From contig OX597821.1 in assembly GCA_951406725.2 (NCBI GenBank), positions 75,082,001 through 75,146,000 on the forward strand: a stretch of 64,000 nucleotides of DNA. Reading direction: 5' to 3'. The stretch is from Octopus vulgaris. Its lineage: Eukaryota. Made by a program: the position numbers and the translations under genes. The notes under the pieces were generated by a model. The model saw only the letters and a list, made by a program, of their open reading frames with translations. It did not search any database and was not told the DNA's origin. Positions 13,137 to 26,912 of this stretch are shown piece by piece (position 1 is the first letter of the stretch; the number at the start of each line of letters is the position of its first letter).

Positions 13137-13366
13137 TGTGTGTGTGTTTGTGTGTCTGTGTTTGTCCCCCCAACATCGCTTGACAACCGGTGCTGGTGTG
13201 TTTACGTCCCCTTAACTTTGCGGTTCGGCAAAAGAGATCGATAGAATAAGTACTAGGCTTACAAAGAATAAGACCTGTGGTCGATTTGCTAGACTAAAGG
13301 CGGTGCTCCAGCATGGCCACTGTCAAATGACAGAAACAAGTAAAAGAGTAAAAGAGAGTAAAGAGT
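12897..13366 (+). mobile_element. tRNA-derived SINE, family A
   Basis: Full-length copy matching 4367-4765, with an internal (TG)n tract. Confidence 0.9.
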
Positions 13367-15211
13367 GAAAAATGCATTCAAGAGCTGTGCTTTTTTTTTT
13401 ATCTTGAATGGAAACATCTTTGTGCATCACTTTACTAGAGAACAAAATGTCGTATTGAATTTTATGGATAAAATATACAATAATACACTAGTGGATATTA
13501 TTGTGTATTTTATTATTCTGTAACCAGTGACAGGAAGATGAAATTGAAATCGTCTGAGCGTAAAGAAACTTATAGTAATTCGGTACAGAGGTGAATAGAG
13601 GGCGTTGTTGAGGTCATTTCTTGTTGGTTGTCCCACTTTTAGTTGTGTGACACAGTGTATTTGGTTGAAATACACCTTGGTACCATTTGGCGATATTTCT
13701 TTTCTGATGGTACCCAAAAGTAATCAATCGAATCCTTTGGCTCATCACGTGGCTGTGAGGGGGAGGGGATCAGTCATTAGTGAAGAAGGAATTAAAGACA
13801 AGCCTGAGTAAGTTTCACCACTGACTATTTTTTTTCAGAGATTCTCGAACTGTTGAGAGGAGTTATTGTCAAAGTGGTCTAAGGTTTAGACTTAACTAAA
13901 AGCAACAAAATGCCAGATGTTGTAACTGATTTCATCACACTTCTATGCGATACATCTAGGTCAGCATCATGTTAACGTTTCTTTCTTATTTTGTTTTCCT
14001 TTTTCAAGGTAGAAAGTTGTGATTGTAGTGAATTAGGTTGCTATTTCTTGTGGACCGCGCAGCTATGTAGCGGCTTTCTTATTGGTTAATAATTCTAAGA
14101 CATTACTCTATTCTGGGTTTACTGAAATGCTACACAAGATTCGAAAAATTAACTCTGTTATTCACATACACACACGCACACACACACACATCCATACACA
14201 CACACACACACACACACATTCTACGCACAAAAGTACATATACACTCTCGCGCGCGCGTTTGTGAATGTCTGTATTTGTTCATGTCTTACAAATTACGTGG
14301 TTGCTCTATTATAAAGTATATTCAAATGACTGCGGGCTGGGTTTATGGCTTTTGTAAGTCCTCCAAAACTCGTATGACTAATGAGGCTAAATGCTCATTT
14401 AAAAAAATTCAAAACCTGTAAGACACTGGGTGCGAAGACAATTCCAAAAGACCGATATTTGGAGGTAAATGAAATGGGAAGAGAGGTTCGTGAAGAATTA
14501 GAGATGAGGTTAAAAGTACAAGAAATTAGTATAACTGGTCAGATGGTACCAGCTTGCTCGGGAGGAGTTGAAGATATTGTAACTGTAGCCGATAAGTAAC
14601 TCCGAACAGACTGCACATCTAGAGGCCGAAATTAGTTGGGGAGTGACCCTCTCTCTTAATTTGCCTTCTAACCTGACATCATTAACTATAGATTAATAAA
14701 TATAGGTAATTTGTATTGAAATTCTCATTGAAATGGTTGATAACTATACCCGGAAGCTATGTAATCTCGTTCTCTTTTCTATTTTTCTTTCTGCTAGCTG
14801 TCTTTTGTCTGTCTGTTTGTCTCTTTCTCTTTCTCTCTGTTCCCCGCCTTCTCTTTCGTTCTCTGTCTGTCTTTCTGTCTGTCTGTCTGTCTGAATCTCT
14901 CTGACTTGACATATATAGTATCATACTTTGATACTGTATGGACTGAGATCTCCGTTGACAGACTCATGATATTAAAGAAAGTGTTAACACGTTATGCAAA
15001 TTAGTTTCTCCGGCTCTCTCGTTGTTACTCTTGGATTTGTTGATTATATAGATAGACTAGCTGTTACTCTGGGTCTGGTCAAATTGATGAGGACACTTCT
15101 GACGAGAACCAAATCAGCAGCAAAAATCGATGAAAGATGTTTATAATTGTTTTCAGTCTATGGAGAAATATTTAAAACTTACATATACATATATACTACA
15201 TAGTTTACATA

Positions 15212-15262
<51 letters not shown>

Positions 15263-16069
15263 TGCAAGAGCACACACATCATACCTGACCGTGTGACATG
15301 TTAGATTCTGGTTTGCCAAATCTGGGTGTGATTAATTTTTTCCATTTAAAACAAGTTCCAAGTGAGATAATTTGAAAACCAGTAATATACTGTGTTAATA
15401 CATGAATGTGTGAATATATTTAACCTTGTTTGCAGTTGGAATGGTTTAGAAGAGCTCGTGTACCTAAGTATGCCATGTGATTCCGCAGAGCAACTAAGTA
15501 ATATACACAGCTAACGTAAATATGATAGGAAAATCAATAAAATATGCTAATTTAAATCACATACAGTTAATTTTGTTCCAAATACTCGAAGTTCTTCAAT
15601 TTTCAAATTTTCTGCCTGGAGATAATTATATGATAATATCTGATAAATCTGTTTGCTTAAACTTTAATTGTTGTGAGACCAAAAACCTATCTTTATATAC
15701 ACCCATACCATATTTTGCATTAAGTCATAATCACATTCGTGCGTATACGGAAGAACTTAGGTGAATAACAGCTATATATATATATATATACATACGTACA
15801 TACATGCACACACATATATGTATATACACACGTGCACAAAAATTGACATATACACACAAAAACACGAACAGCTGCACACAAAAACATACATGCAATCAAA
15901 TATGAACGGAGAGGGACGGCCCCACTACGAAACACACACACACACACATACATACACACACACACACATACATACATACACACATACACACAAACAGAGA
16001 ATTCAAGGCTTATACATAAGAAATTTAAAAATGAGTAACTTCGATATTAGTGGTTATAAATATTCACAT

Positions 16070-16081
16070 CTATCTATCTAC

Positions 16082-16137
<56 letters not shown>

Positions 16138-16153
16138 CTACCTACCTACCTAC

Positions 16154-16200
<47 letters not shown>

Positions 16201-16221
16201 CCTATGTACCTACCTACCTAC

Positions 16222-16313
<92 letters not shown>

Positions 16314-16392
16314 CCACATATCTATCTACCTATGTACCTACCTACCTACCTACCTCACCTACCTACCTACCTACCTACCTACTTATCTATCA

Positions 16393-16470
<78 letters not shown>

Positions 16471-16510
16471 ATATCTATCTACCTATGTACCTACCTACCT
16501 ACCTACCTAC

Positions 16511-16560
<50 letters not shown>

Positions 16561-16610
16561 CTATCTTTATCAATCTCTATCTATCTGTCTATCTAGCAAT
16601 CTATCTACAC
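16070..16610 (+). repeat. (TATC)n/(TACC)n compound microsatellite
   Basis: Seen directly; source of the YLSI-repeat ORFs. Confidence 0.95.
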
Positions 16611-17037
16611 ATACAGACACACACACACAAATACATACATATTTATATGTGTGAATGTATGTGCCTTTGTGTGTGTGAGAGAGAGAAAGAAAGGGAGAGA
16701 GAGAAAACAGAGAGAGAGTGAGAGTGGTGTTTATATACGCATACGTATTCTTTTAAATATTCAAGCAAGTATATATGTGTGTATGTGTGTGTGTGTGTCT
16801 AAGCATGTAATAATTTATTTGAATAAACTCTCATTATACTCATGCAGTTATAAACACATTCTCGCGCCTGCGCTTCAAGTAGAGATATTAACTGTTTACC
16901 TTTGTTGTATTTGGTTTATATATAGCCGTTAGGTTTACGTAGTTTTGTATGAAGTATTTTTATTCAATCTATATACATACGTGTGTGAATATCTGTATAT
17001 ATCATCTTTATGTATATATATACATATGTATGTATGT

Positions 17038-17115
<78 letters not shown>

Positions 17116-17536
17116 ATACATGCGTGATGTGTCTGCATCTATGAATGTGTATGTGTATGTATGTATGGATATATATATATTCATATATATATTTGGGTGT
17201 GAGTGTCTCTCTACCTGTGTGTGTATACAATTGTATATCTGCGTAAAGAATTTGCATATAATTTCACACGATCCTCTTTCTAAATCATTAAATTTCATTG
17301 AAGCATGAATTTGTGTTTAACATTTCATATATAATTTATATGTTGTCTTTTTATATTGTCAAGTTTTGGTGTTTGTGTAAAGTGATATACAGAATGAAAA
17401 GCATTTCTAACCCCGAAACAGAATTTGAAAATGAATAAATGTGAAGTTAGAGGCGGAGAAAAATATACGAAGAAAATGCTTGGATGGTTCGAAATTGATG
17501 GAAGAGGAACGTACAGTTCTGTATTTAAGAGATGAG

Positions 17537-17960
17537 GAATTATGTACGTTATTTACATTTGACGGATATCTGTCCTCATCAGGTGTCTTGAGAAAACTTT
17601 GAACCTGGGTTCTTATTCCTAAGGTACTTTTCGATGTTATTATTATTATTACTACTATTTTTCAGATCACTATCTGGAATCGACCTCGGAATCAGTAGCC
17701 CGAGCTTTCAACCACTCCTCCATATGCCCATGGGCAATTACAGAGTGAATTTTAGTGCTTATAAATCAAATATTCTCCTATCTTTCCTTAACCTGAATAA
17801 TAATAATATTAACATCGAAAAATATCTTAGGAATGAGAAACCAGGTTCGAAATTGCCCCAAGACACCCGATGAAGGCTGGGGGGTATATCAGCCGAAACA
17901 ATTTGTTAACAACAAACTAGATGAGGACAAATATCCATCAAATCTAAATAATATAAATAA
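17537..17960. mobile_element. Divergent (inverted) pair of a tRNA-headed repeat with a Penelope-like hammerhead tail
   Basis: Arms 17537-17665 and 17793-17960 are imperfect reverse complements. A tRNA-like head starts on the minus strand at about 17729 (GGGCATATGG...GAGGTCGATTCCAG). The right arm has CCGATGA-AGGCTG...CAGCC-GAAAC. Confidence 0.7.
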
Positions 17961-18702
17961 GAGGAGTATAGTTGGTCAGGCCACAGCAAGGTGCCACGGA
18001 GTGGGACTGAACCCGGAACCAGCAAGCTTCTTACCACAAATCATACACACGCACACACACATATATATAATCGAATACATGAGCAATATGACAACTGCTC
18101 GTACTCAGCAGAGTTTCTATGAAGTTTGCCGAGGCAAACACATGGACGTGTTTTGAGGACATTTTAGCATATTACTAAGGCGTGTGTTGTTGGTGCCGCT
18201 TTGTTCCATGAAGATGCGCCTCATTGCCGATGTTTGTTAATGGTTTAACGAAGCTGTGACTCCGTCTTTTCGGACACTTCTGTCCCTGTTGAAATTGACC
18301 ACTGGAGATAATACTCTTTCGGCAATACTCACCCAAAACATATTTATTTTTGATAGCTAATAGAGAAGTCTTTCAAATTTGGTTAAGTTTCTGCTGAGAT
18401 TCCTTCCTTTAGGACAAACGAATACTCAGCGAGAATCCAGAGCACAGATAACTGCGTCTTCTTTAAGCTCGAACAAACTGTTTTGCTCGCTTCTTCAGTC
18501 ATGTGTGTGTTTGTGTGAATGTAAGTATGTATGTGTGTGTATGCGTGTGTATAAATATAATATATATATATATATGTATATATAATATTCTACATATATA
18601 CACCCATATGTATAGATGTATAGAAAAGTATGTTTATACATAAACACATACATGGATACGTACATACATACGTACATACATACTTACATGCATATATATA
18701 CA

Positions 18703-19275
18703 GGAAAAGCAGAAAAATGTGATAACCAATGCAGACTTCGGGGAGTTAGTACCGAAGATATCACCCACATCAGAAGCAGTTGTCGAAAAATGCTATCACG
18801 GTATTATCTACCGATGAGACATGATATTGTAGCTAGGACATTTTATAACGAGATCCGCCGGAAGGATAACCCCGAGGACAAAGAAATAAGACCCAACAGT
18901 ATATAAGACCCGTAAGAAGCGATAACTACTCATAATAAAAAAGGAATACAGTGGAATGTCCCAGTGAAGACCTCAATAAAATGTAAGCACAACAGACCTG
19001 ATAAAATGATTTGGGATAGAGAAAAGAAACTGTGTACAGCTGTGGAATTTAGCTGCCCAGCGGATGTTAATATAAAGCTGAAGATCAGCGAAAAAAAGAA
19101 CACATATGCTAAACTATTGAGAAATCTGCAGTTACTCTAGCCAGATTACAAGTTCAGATTTATACCTGTAATTATTGGGTCCCTGAGATAAGTAACACAC
19201 TGCCTAAATACCAATCTTCAGAAATTAGGCTTCTCAAAACCAGAGAGCTAATTTGAAGACTGGAACTGTAAAATT
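18703..19275 (+). mobile_element. Dong/R4-like 3' fragment (zinc knuckle plus RLE endonuclease), pseudogenised
   Basis: CRLRGVSTEDITHIRSSC...MRHDIVAR, then KHNRPDKMIWDREKKLCTAVEFSCPADVN...FIPVIIGSL, with in-frame stops. Confidence 0.85.
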
Positions 19276-19570
19276 TTTGGTAGCCATGTTTAATTCGCGG
19301 AGAGAAAATTAACATACAGATAAGTTAACATTTCTGTTTCCTAACATTTCTTTTTCCAACTATTATTCCACATTTCTGTTCATTATTTACTAAAGTAAAA
19401 TTATGCGCACACACACACGCGTGCGCTCCTATTAGGCTTGGATAACGCTAACATAATGGTTTCTAGTTTTGTGGTTATGTGGCGCATATATATATATATA
19501 TACGTGAGAATGAAGGAGCACATAAACCTATACGCATACATACACACAAACACACACACGTACACACACA

Positions 19571-19643
<73 letters not shown>

Positions 19644-20562
19644 TTGTACTGCGTATTTATGTATGCGCTCGTGTTAAAGTTGTGAATAATATTTTGTTTA
19701 GAAATATCACGTGAAATAACAGTTACGCGACTCATTTTTTTTCTCGAACATTCAAAATCCTCACCTGTCTTTGAAATGTTAGCAAATCCACGGGACATGC
19801 AACAGGTAGGTGTATTAGGTATATACCTATCATCATAACACTGAATCGAAATACGATTCAGTTACATATTCTTCGATAGATTTCGCTTTACATTATAAGG
19901 CTATTTTCATAGTTGCTGACTTTTGTTATTTCTTCGCCAAAGGAATTGATAGAGTGGATTTCTTTCATTAAAGATGAACATAAATCTCTTTAAATATCAC
20001 ATTATATTTATAGAGGTCTGAAAATTTAGGTAAATGTAGGCACGGATCAAAAGAACATACACACACACACACACAAACACACGCGCGTACACTCAACGAT
20101 AACTAGTATTAACGCATACCATTTCTTCATCTCTCTTCAGTGAATATGCACAATTTAAATTCAATGATTACGATGATGGCATATTTTTGTCTGTTCTCTT
20201 TATATTCGAATCAACATTTAGAAGTGTTTTTACAGACATAATTTATGCATAATTTATGCGAACATAAAATTTAAACCCTCCAAAAATATGCGGAGGAACA
20301 TAAACATATGTGCATCTGCATATACTCACTGATACGCTTATATATACGTGTCTACACATTGGTATGTTGTGAATGTATATACTCTTAAAATAGCAAATAT
20401 ATTGCAAGTCAAAATCTCAAAACATTAAAAGCGTGACGTAAGTGATTTTACATACGTATACATATATATACATACAAGCACACACACGCATATATATTTA
20501 TAGAAATACACATATATGTATTTATATATCGATTTATATGTATATACATGCATATTAAGTAT

Positions 20563-20624
<62 letters not shown>

Positions 20625-20636
20625 TTGTATGTGTGT

Positions 20637-20686
<50 letters not shown>

Positions 20687-22082
20687 ACTTCGTGAGTGTG
20701 TGATTATGTGTTAGTGTATATATATTTATATACATAACCGTTGATGTTTGTGAATGATTGTCGACCTACTTTTGCAAGGAGGTTTAAAGGTAAACGACAC
20801 CGATGCATTTAAGACAATCTCGCCGCTTTCGAACTGTGAAACGGAGATGAACCGACAAACAAACTGTAGGGAGAATCCGAATGTCATAATACGGCGTTAG
20901 TTTAGTGTAGGCGTCAGTGTGTTACACAGAAACGTCATCTTTCTATATTTGACAATATTCTTAGCGTAACCTAATTCTTGTACCCTGATACATTTGCTTG
21001 CTATGTCTGCATAAAAAACTTTGAAGCTTTCCATAATAGGTGTTTCTTGGAATATAATGCAGAAATAAATAAAAAAAAGGAATGAATACTTGAAAGAGGA
21101 TGAAAATTTTGCAGTCTCCAGGCAAAATGAGAAATCTCTTTGGTATCACGTCTGTGCCTGTTTATCATTCAGTCGTCAGTAACATTTGCATAACCATCAG
21201 AATGCCATGACAGAAGAGAAGTGTTATATCAAATGCAACAGAAGAGGGAACATAACCAGGTGACACTGGGAATGGAATTGTAGAAATATCAAAAAAAAAA
21301 AAAAAAGCTAAAAGGAAAGAAAGAAATGGGACGCGTCTCAAAAAAATCTATCCGACGTTTATCTTAAACTCTTCCTGAATTATAGAGAAGAAGAGTGTTT
21401 TTTTAGTAAACGTGCCATCGTGGATCCTGAAAGTGCCATTGTACAGGATATGAATGGTATCCTCATTTACCAAATACCATTCCTATTCACACTAGTTAAC
21501 GTTAACGATGCTGATAAATATCTAACATTGTCTAACAAATCTCTGCAGCTCACTGCTGCTGTCCAACTTCATAATATTCTAATAAACTTTGGTGCACCTA
21601 TAAACTTGCTAAGAATTTGGATGCACCAAAAATCTGTAACAGTACAAGATTACCTGCCACAAATGTTATATTCTATGTGATCTAACGCGTTATTATGACG
21701 TCAGTGTGCCAAATGAGAAAATGTTTAAATTCCAAGCATTTCCTTCGACCCATCAGATATGTCATTTCTGTAACAACGCCTTCGGGTTCCAGTGACAATG
21801 CCTATTTCCTATGACCATTATCAAGCTTTACGCAGAGTCCCTCAGGCTTGGAGAAGTTGAACTGACAAATCCATGTTCATCTCACACATGGCCAGCTTTA
21901 TTTTGCGTGATCACTTTTTGAGACAGAGCCAACAGCCTTTCATATTAAAATTTTGTCTACGCTACAACTCTAAACCGAACAATACGCATTCTTGTTAGAA
22001 TTACTTCCGCTCAATATGTTGCATATCAATATAGAATTACGAGAAAATATATAAGCTAAAACAACGATAGTATTTACTGAAG

Positions 22083-22673
22083 AAGGCGGCGAGCTGGCAG
22101 AGACGTTAGCACGATGGGCGAAATGCTTAGCGGTATTTTGTCTGCCGCTACGTTCTGAGTTCAAATTCCGCCGAGGTGGACTTTGGCTTTCATCCTTTCG
22201 GGGTCAATAAATTAAGTACCAGTTACGCACTGGGGTCGATATAATCGACTTAATCCGTTTGTATGTCCTTGTTTGTCCTCTCTGTGTTTAGCCCCTTGTG
22301 GGCAGTAAAGAAATAGGTATTTCACCCGTCGCTACGTTCTGAGTTCAAATTCCGCCGAGGTCGATTTTGCCTTTCATCTATTCGGGGTCGGTAAATTAAG
22401 TACCAGTTACGCACTGGGGTCGATGTAATCGACTTAATCCGTTTGTCTGTCCTTGTTTGTCCCCTCTGTGTTTAGCCCCTTGTGGGTAGTAAAGAAATAG
22501 GTATTTCACCAGTCGCTACGTTCTGAGTTCAAATTCCGCCGAGGTCGATTTTGCCTTTCATCCATTCGGGGTCGATAAATTAAGTACTAGTTACGCACTT
22601 AATCGACTTAATCCGTTTGTCTGTCCTTGTTTGGCCCCTCTGTGTTTATCCCCTTGTGGGTAATAAAGAAACA
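22083..22673 (+). mobile_element. Family B SINE trimer: one head plus three bodies of about 183 bp, inside a 17-bp TSD
   Basis: TSD GATAGTATTTACTGAAG at 22066-22082 and 22674-22690; bodies restart near 22317 and 22500. Confidence 0.9.
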
Positions 22674-23033
22674 GATAGTATTTACTGAAGTCACGAAATT
22701 AACATTATGAGTAAAAGCATTATGAGAATTCCCTCATATACGAGAAACAGGAAAAACCCAAGTGACACATGTACTCGCATTACGCAAACAAAATATACGC
22801 AAATATATCTGAAAACGTGCTACACATTCTGCATATTTAAAAACATGTTTAAATGAGTTTGTAGAGAGTTGGATCTTTTAAATTTAGCAAAAACGAAATT
22901 GTTTCTACTCATTCACACACGGCCTTTCGCCGAGCACACACATGGATCTTAACTGAGTGGTATTTGCTTCTCTTCTTCTTGACAACATACCGTCAATTAC
23001 AAGATGATGGTACAAATATATTTGGTATCCATA

Positions 23034-23085
<52 letters not shown>

Positions 23086-23221
23086 TATAATATTTTGGAC
23101 TAATGTGTATATGTCGAATAGTGTGTTGAAGTGTTGAGTAGATTGGGTCTACCTGGTGTCATCCACAGTCGGGTTATATTTCCGTTGGATCAACTTCAGG
23201 AACTCCGTAGTGTTAGTTGAG

Positions 23222-23364
<143 letters not shown>

Positions 23365-23533
23365 ACTCTTTCTCTCTTTCATTATATTAAAACATAAGAA
23401 AATGCACCGAAATCTTCATGATAATAATGCTATGTTCACAAAATCAATGTTTAGATTTTATAAAATATTTATAATTTTGTATTTAATAATTGTGTTATAA
23501 TTTTATGGTTCCGTAACTCGACTAACTAAAAAC

Positions 23534-24128
<595 letters not shown>

Positions 24129-24140
24129 TATTATTATTAA

Positions 24141-24171
<31 letters not shown>

Positions 24172-25316
24172 TCTGTAGTAACCAGATGATGGATTTGGCA
24201 TTTATTCCTTCGTAACACAGTGTAGGTAAAAATGCACTGGAGTCTTTAGTCATTCGTCAGGTCACAACAAGGACTTCGTATAGGTATTTTTGTTAAGATG
24301 TGCGCTGTGCCTTATTGAGCACAGCGTACATCTATTGAAGAATAGATATAAGCAAATACCTCGTTGCTAAGATTTAGCTGTGTGTTACTGGTAAGACGCA
24401 GATGTGTCCTGGAATAATTTGTACCATTATACAGGTAGAGACGACATTTCACATTCTGTCCTCTAAACTGTAGATAACTCAACATTCTTATCTATTTGAT
24501 CAGTGTCTGTTTGATTCGTTCAGTCTCTAAATATTTTCATCACTTATTATTGTAGTCGTTATTAGATATTGAAACTATCGAAATACAATATGGCCGGCTT
24601 TTTAATCTGGTTCGACCCTTTATGAGGTGATTACTGTCTGAACACCAATCGCATATCCGATCATTTTAATTTCTGCTTGTTATAAACCCAAACTGGAATA
24701 TCTAAGTCTGAAAGGTTTGAATCGACTAAAAATACAGCAATCTACAATACAAACAAAGATTGCTAAATTGTAAGCAAACCCAAACTTCAACAACGCAATA
24801 ATAGTTTTATGCAGCGAGTTGCTACAGTCTCGACTAACTAAAAACCAACACTGAACACGTCGTGCCGGAAACAGAACAGGACACCGCGCAGCCGCACTGC
24901 AGGCAAATGACAGCAAACGAGACAATCAAAATCACGTGATCAAAACTAAAATCACAACATTGATTTTCTTTTTTTCTTTTGTTTTGACTTTTGATTTTCA
25001 GTTTCTTTTATATTTTTACTGGAGTTTTGCTTACATTTATTTGACAAACAGTGACAGCAAACCCAAAGTTAGATGGAGAGTAAAATAAGGTTCTGTCACT
25101 ACTTCTAATCGCATTTGATTGGAGATAGTTTCTTCTATCTTTCAACGTCATCATCAGTAGTATTGTGTGTGAGGGCATTTTTGCAAATATATCTATATTT
25201 CCTCCGTTCCTTCATATCACGTCATTTCTTTCTCTTCCTATTTTTCTTTCCCTATCTGTTTTCTCTCTCTTTCTCTGTCTGTCTCTCTGTCTGTCTGTCT
25301 CTCTGCCTCTGCCTGA

Positions 25317-25356
<40 letters not shown>

Positions 25357-25404
25357 TTCATTATATTAAAACATAAGAAAATGCACCGAAATCTTCATGA
25401 TAAT

Positions 25405-25747
25405 AATGCTATGTTCACAAAATCAATGTTTAGATTTTATAAAATATGTATAATTTTGTATTTAATAATTGTGTTATAATTTTATGGTTCCGTAACTAGT
25501 TATTGTTTGTGATAGTGTTATGATCTCATAATTTCATACATAGATATTGTTAAGAGTAGGGGTAGACTCATTATTGATCTTCCGGTAATGTATTAATCTA
25601 AGAAAAAACAATTAAAGTTTGGTTTCTGATTAAAGGCACATTTATTCCCTTCTAAGAAACACGCAGAAATTTTACAGCTTTAGAATATTGAAGCTGAAGT
25701 TGTTTTTAGTTTCAAAATCTAAACATTGATTTTGTGAACATAGCATT
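25405..25747. mobile_element. MITE with 34-bp perfect TIRs, possibly PIF/Harbinger-like
   Basis: AATGCTATGTTCACAAAATCAATGTTTAGATTTT at 25405-25438 is the exact reverse complement of 25714-25747. The superfamily is a guess from the GCTATGTTCAC terminus. Confidence 0.75.
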
Positions 25748-26039
25748 GTAATGTAAAATATACCTGCGATACGAAGAAAATTCTATATGGAATATTCTAT
25801 ATTTACTCCACATGAAATGATATACTGTGGATGATAGGAAAATGATGGAAATGAAGGCCGTCTTCAAAAGTTGAAAATTTTCAGTTACGTTCCTCATATT
25901 TTTCAAACTATGGCTGACGTTTAGTCGTATATATACGCGCTGATTTAATTGGAAAAGAGTGATTAGGTTGCACTTTAGATTGCCTAGTAGGAATCGAATA
26001 GGAAATAATATCACCTTAGCTCAGAAATAATGAAATATA

Positions 26040-26912
26040 TACAGGGTGCGGTGAATAAACTCGTCTAAATTACGCAAAAATGAAAATAACAGACAGATTT
26101 ACCAAAATTACATAAAAATATCTTGAAATACTAAAGTGTAAATTTATTCAATAAAATCACCATTGGCTTCAGCAACAGCCTCCAGATGACTACTGAATCT
26201 CGTGCAACTCTTCTGGACGGTCTCCTTGTTTAAGTTGGTGAATGCTGCCATAATCCTTGCCTTCAGTTCATCTTTGGTGTTACAAAGAGTCCTTGTTGGT
26301 TTCTCGCCCAACTGCACCCCACACATAATAATCAAAGGGGTTGCAGTGTGGGGAGTTAGGTGGTCAGATGTTAAGGGTGATGTGGTCGCAGAAATTGTCT
26401 GACAGCTATAACTGGGTTCTCCTGCTTGTATTGCACAGTGCAGAGTTCTGTTGCCGACCAATTTTTCCAGTAGCTACCTCATTGACCCAGGGCAGCAGTA
26501 CTTCATTCAAGAACTTGATGTAGGCCTCTGTGTTGAGTCTGAAGCTGTGTGGGAAGATGCATGGAAGTATAACGTCGCCATCCCTAGTGATCACTCCAAA
26601 CACAATGATGTTGACTGGATGTTTGATTTTTATCACTCTCGTACATGTCCTCAGATTGCACTCTCCTCAGATTGACACCCAAATACTCTGAAATGTTCAT
26701 ATTGGAACTTCTGGCGCAAATGCCAAGCAGTACAGCATATCGTTTCAAAATTTCTGGCAGGCGAAATTGCTTCATGGTGCTATTTTTCTCACAGACAGTG
26801 CCCAACTGACCTTATTATACTGTGTAGTCGACAAAACTAAAAACAATAGATGTACATTCGCGAAATAAAAAAAAACTATAAAATGGCGACAATTTGACCA
26901 TCGAACACTGTA
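26040..26912 (-). mobile_element. Internally deleted Tc1/mariner transposon, maT/DD37D-like
   Basis: Minus strand KHPVNIIVFGVITRDGDV...LNTEAYIKFLNEVLLPW...QQNSA...PPNSP...DYYVWG; C-terminus RFSSHLEAVAEANGDFIE; TACAG...CTGTA ends. Confidence 0.8.

Noticed and set aside
22083-22673. CRISPR-like array
   Set aside because: The units are whole SINE bodies without unique spacers, in a eukaryotic context with no cas genes.
25115-25165. Minus-strand CTGATGA...GAAA-GATAG/CTATC-TC
   Set aside because: Stem III is good but there is no stem I or credible stem II; likely chance.
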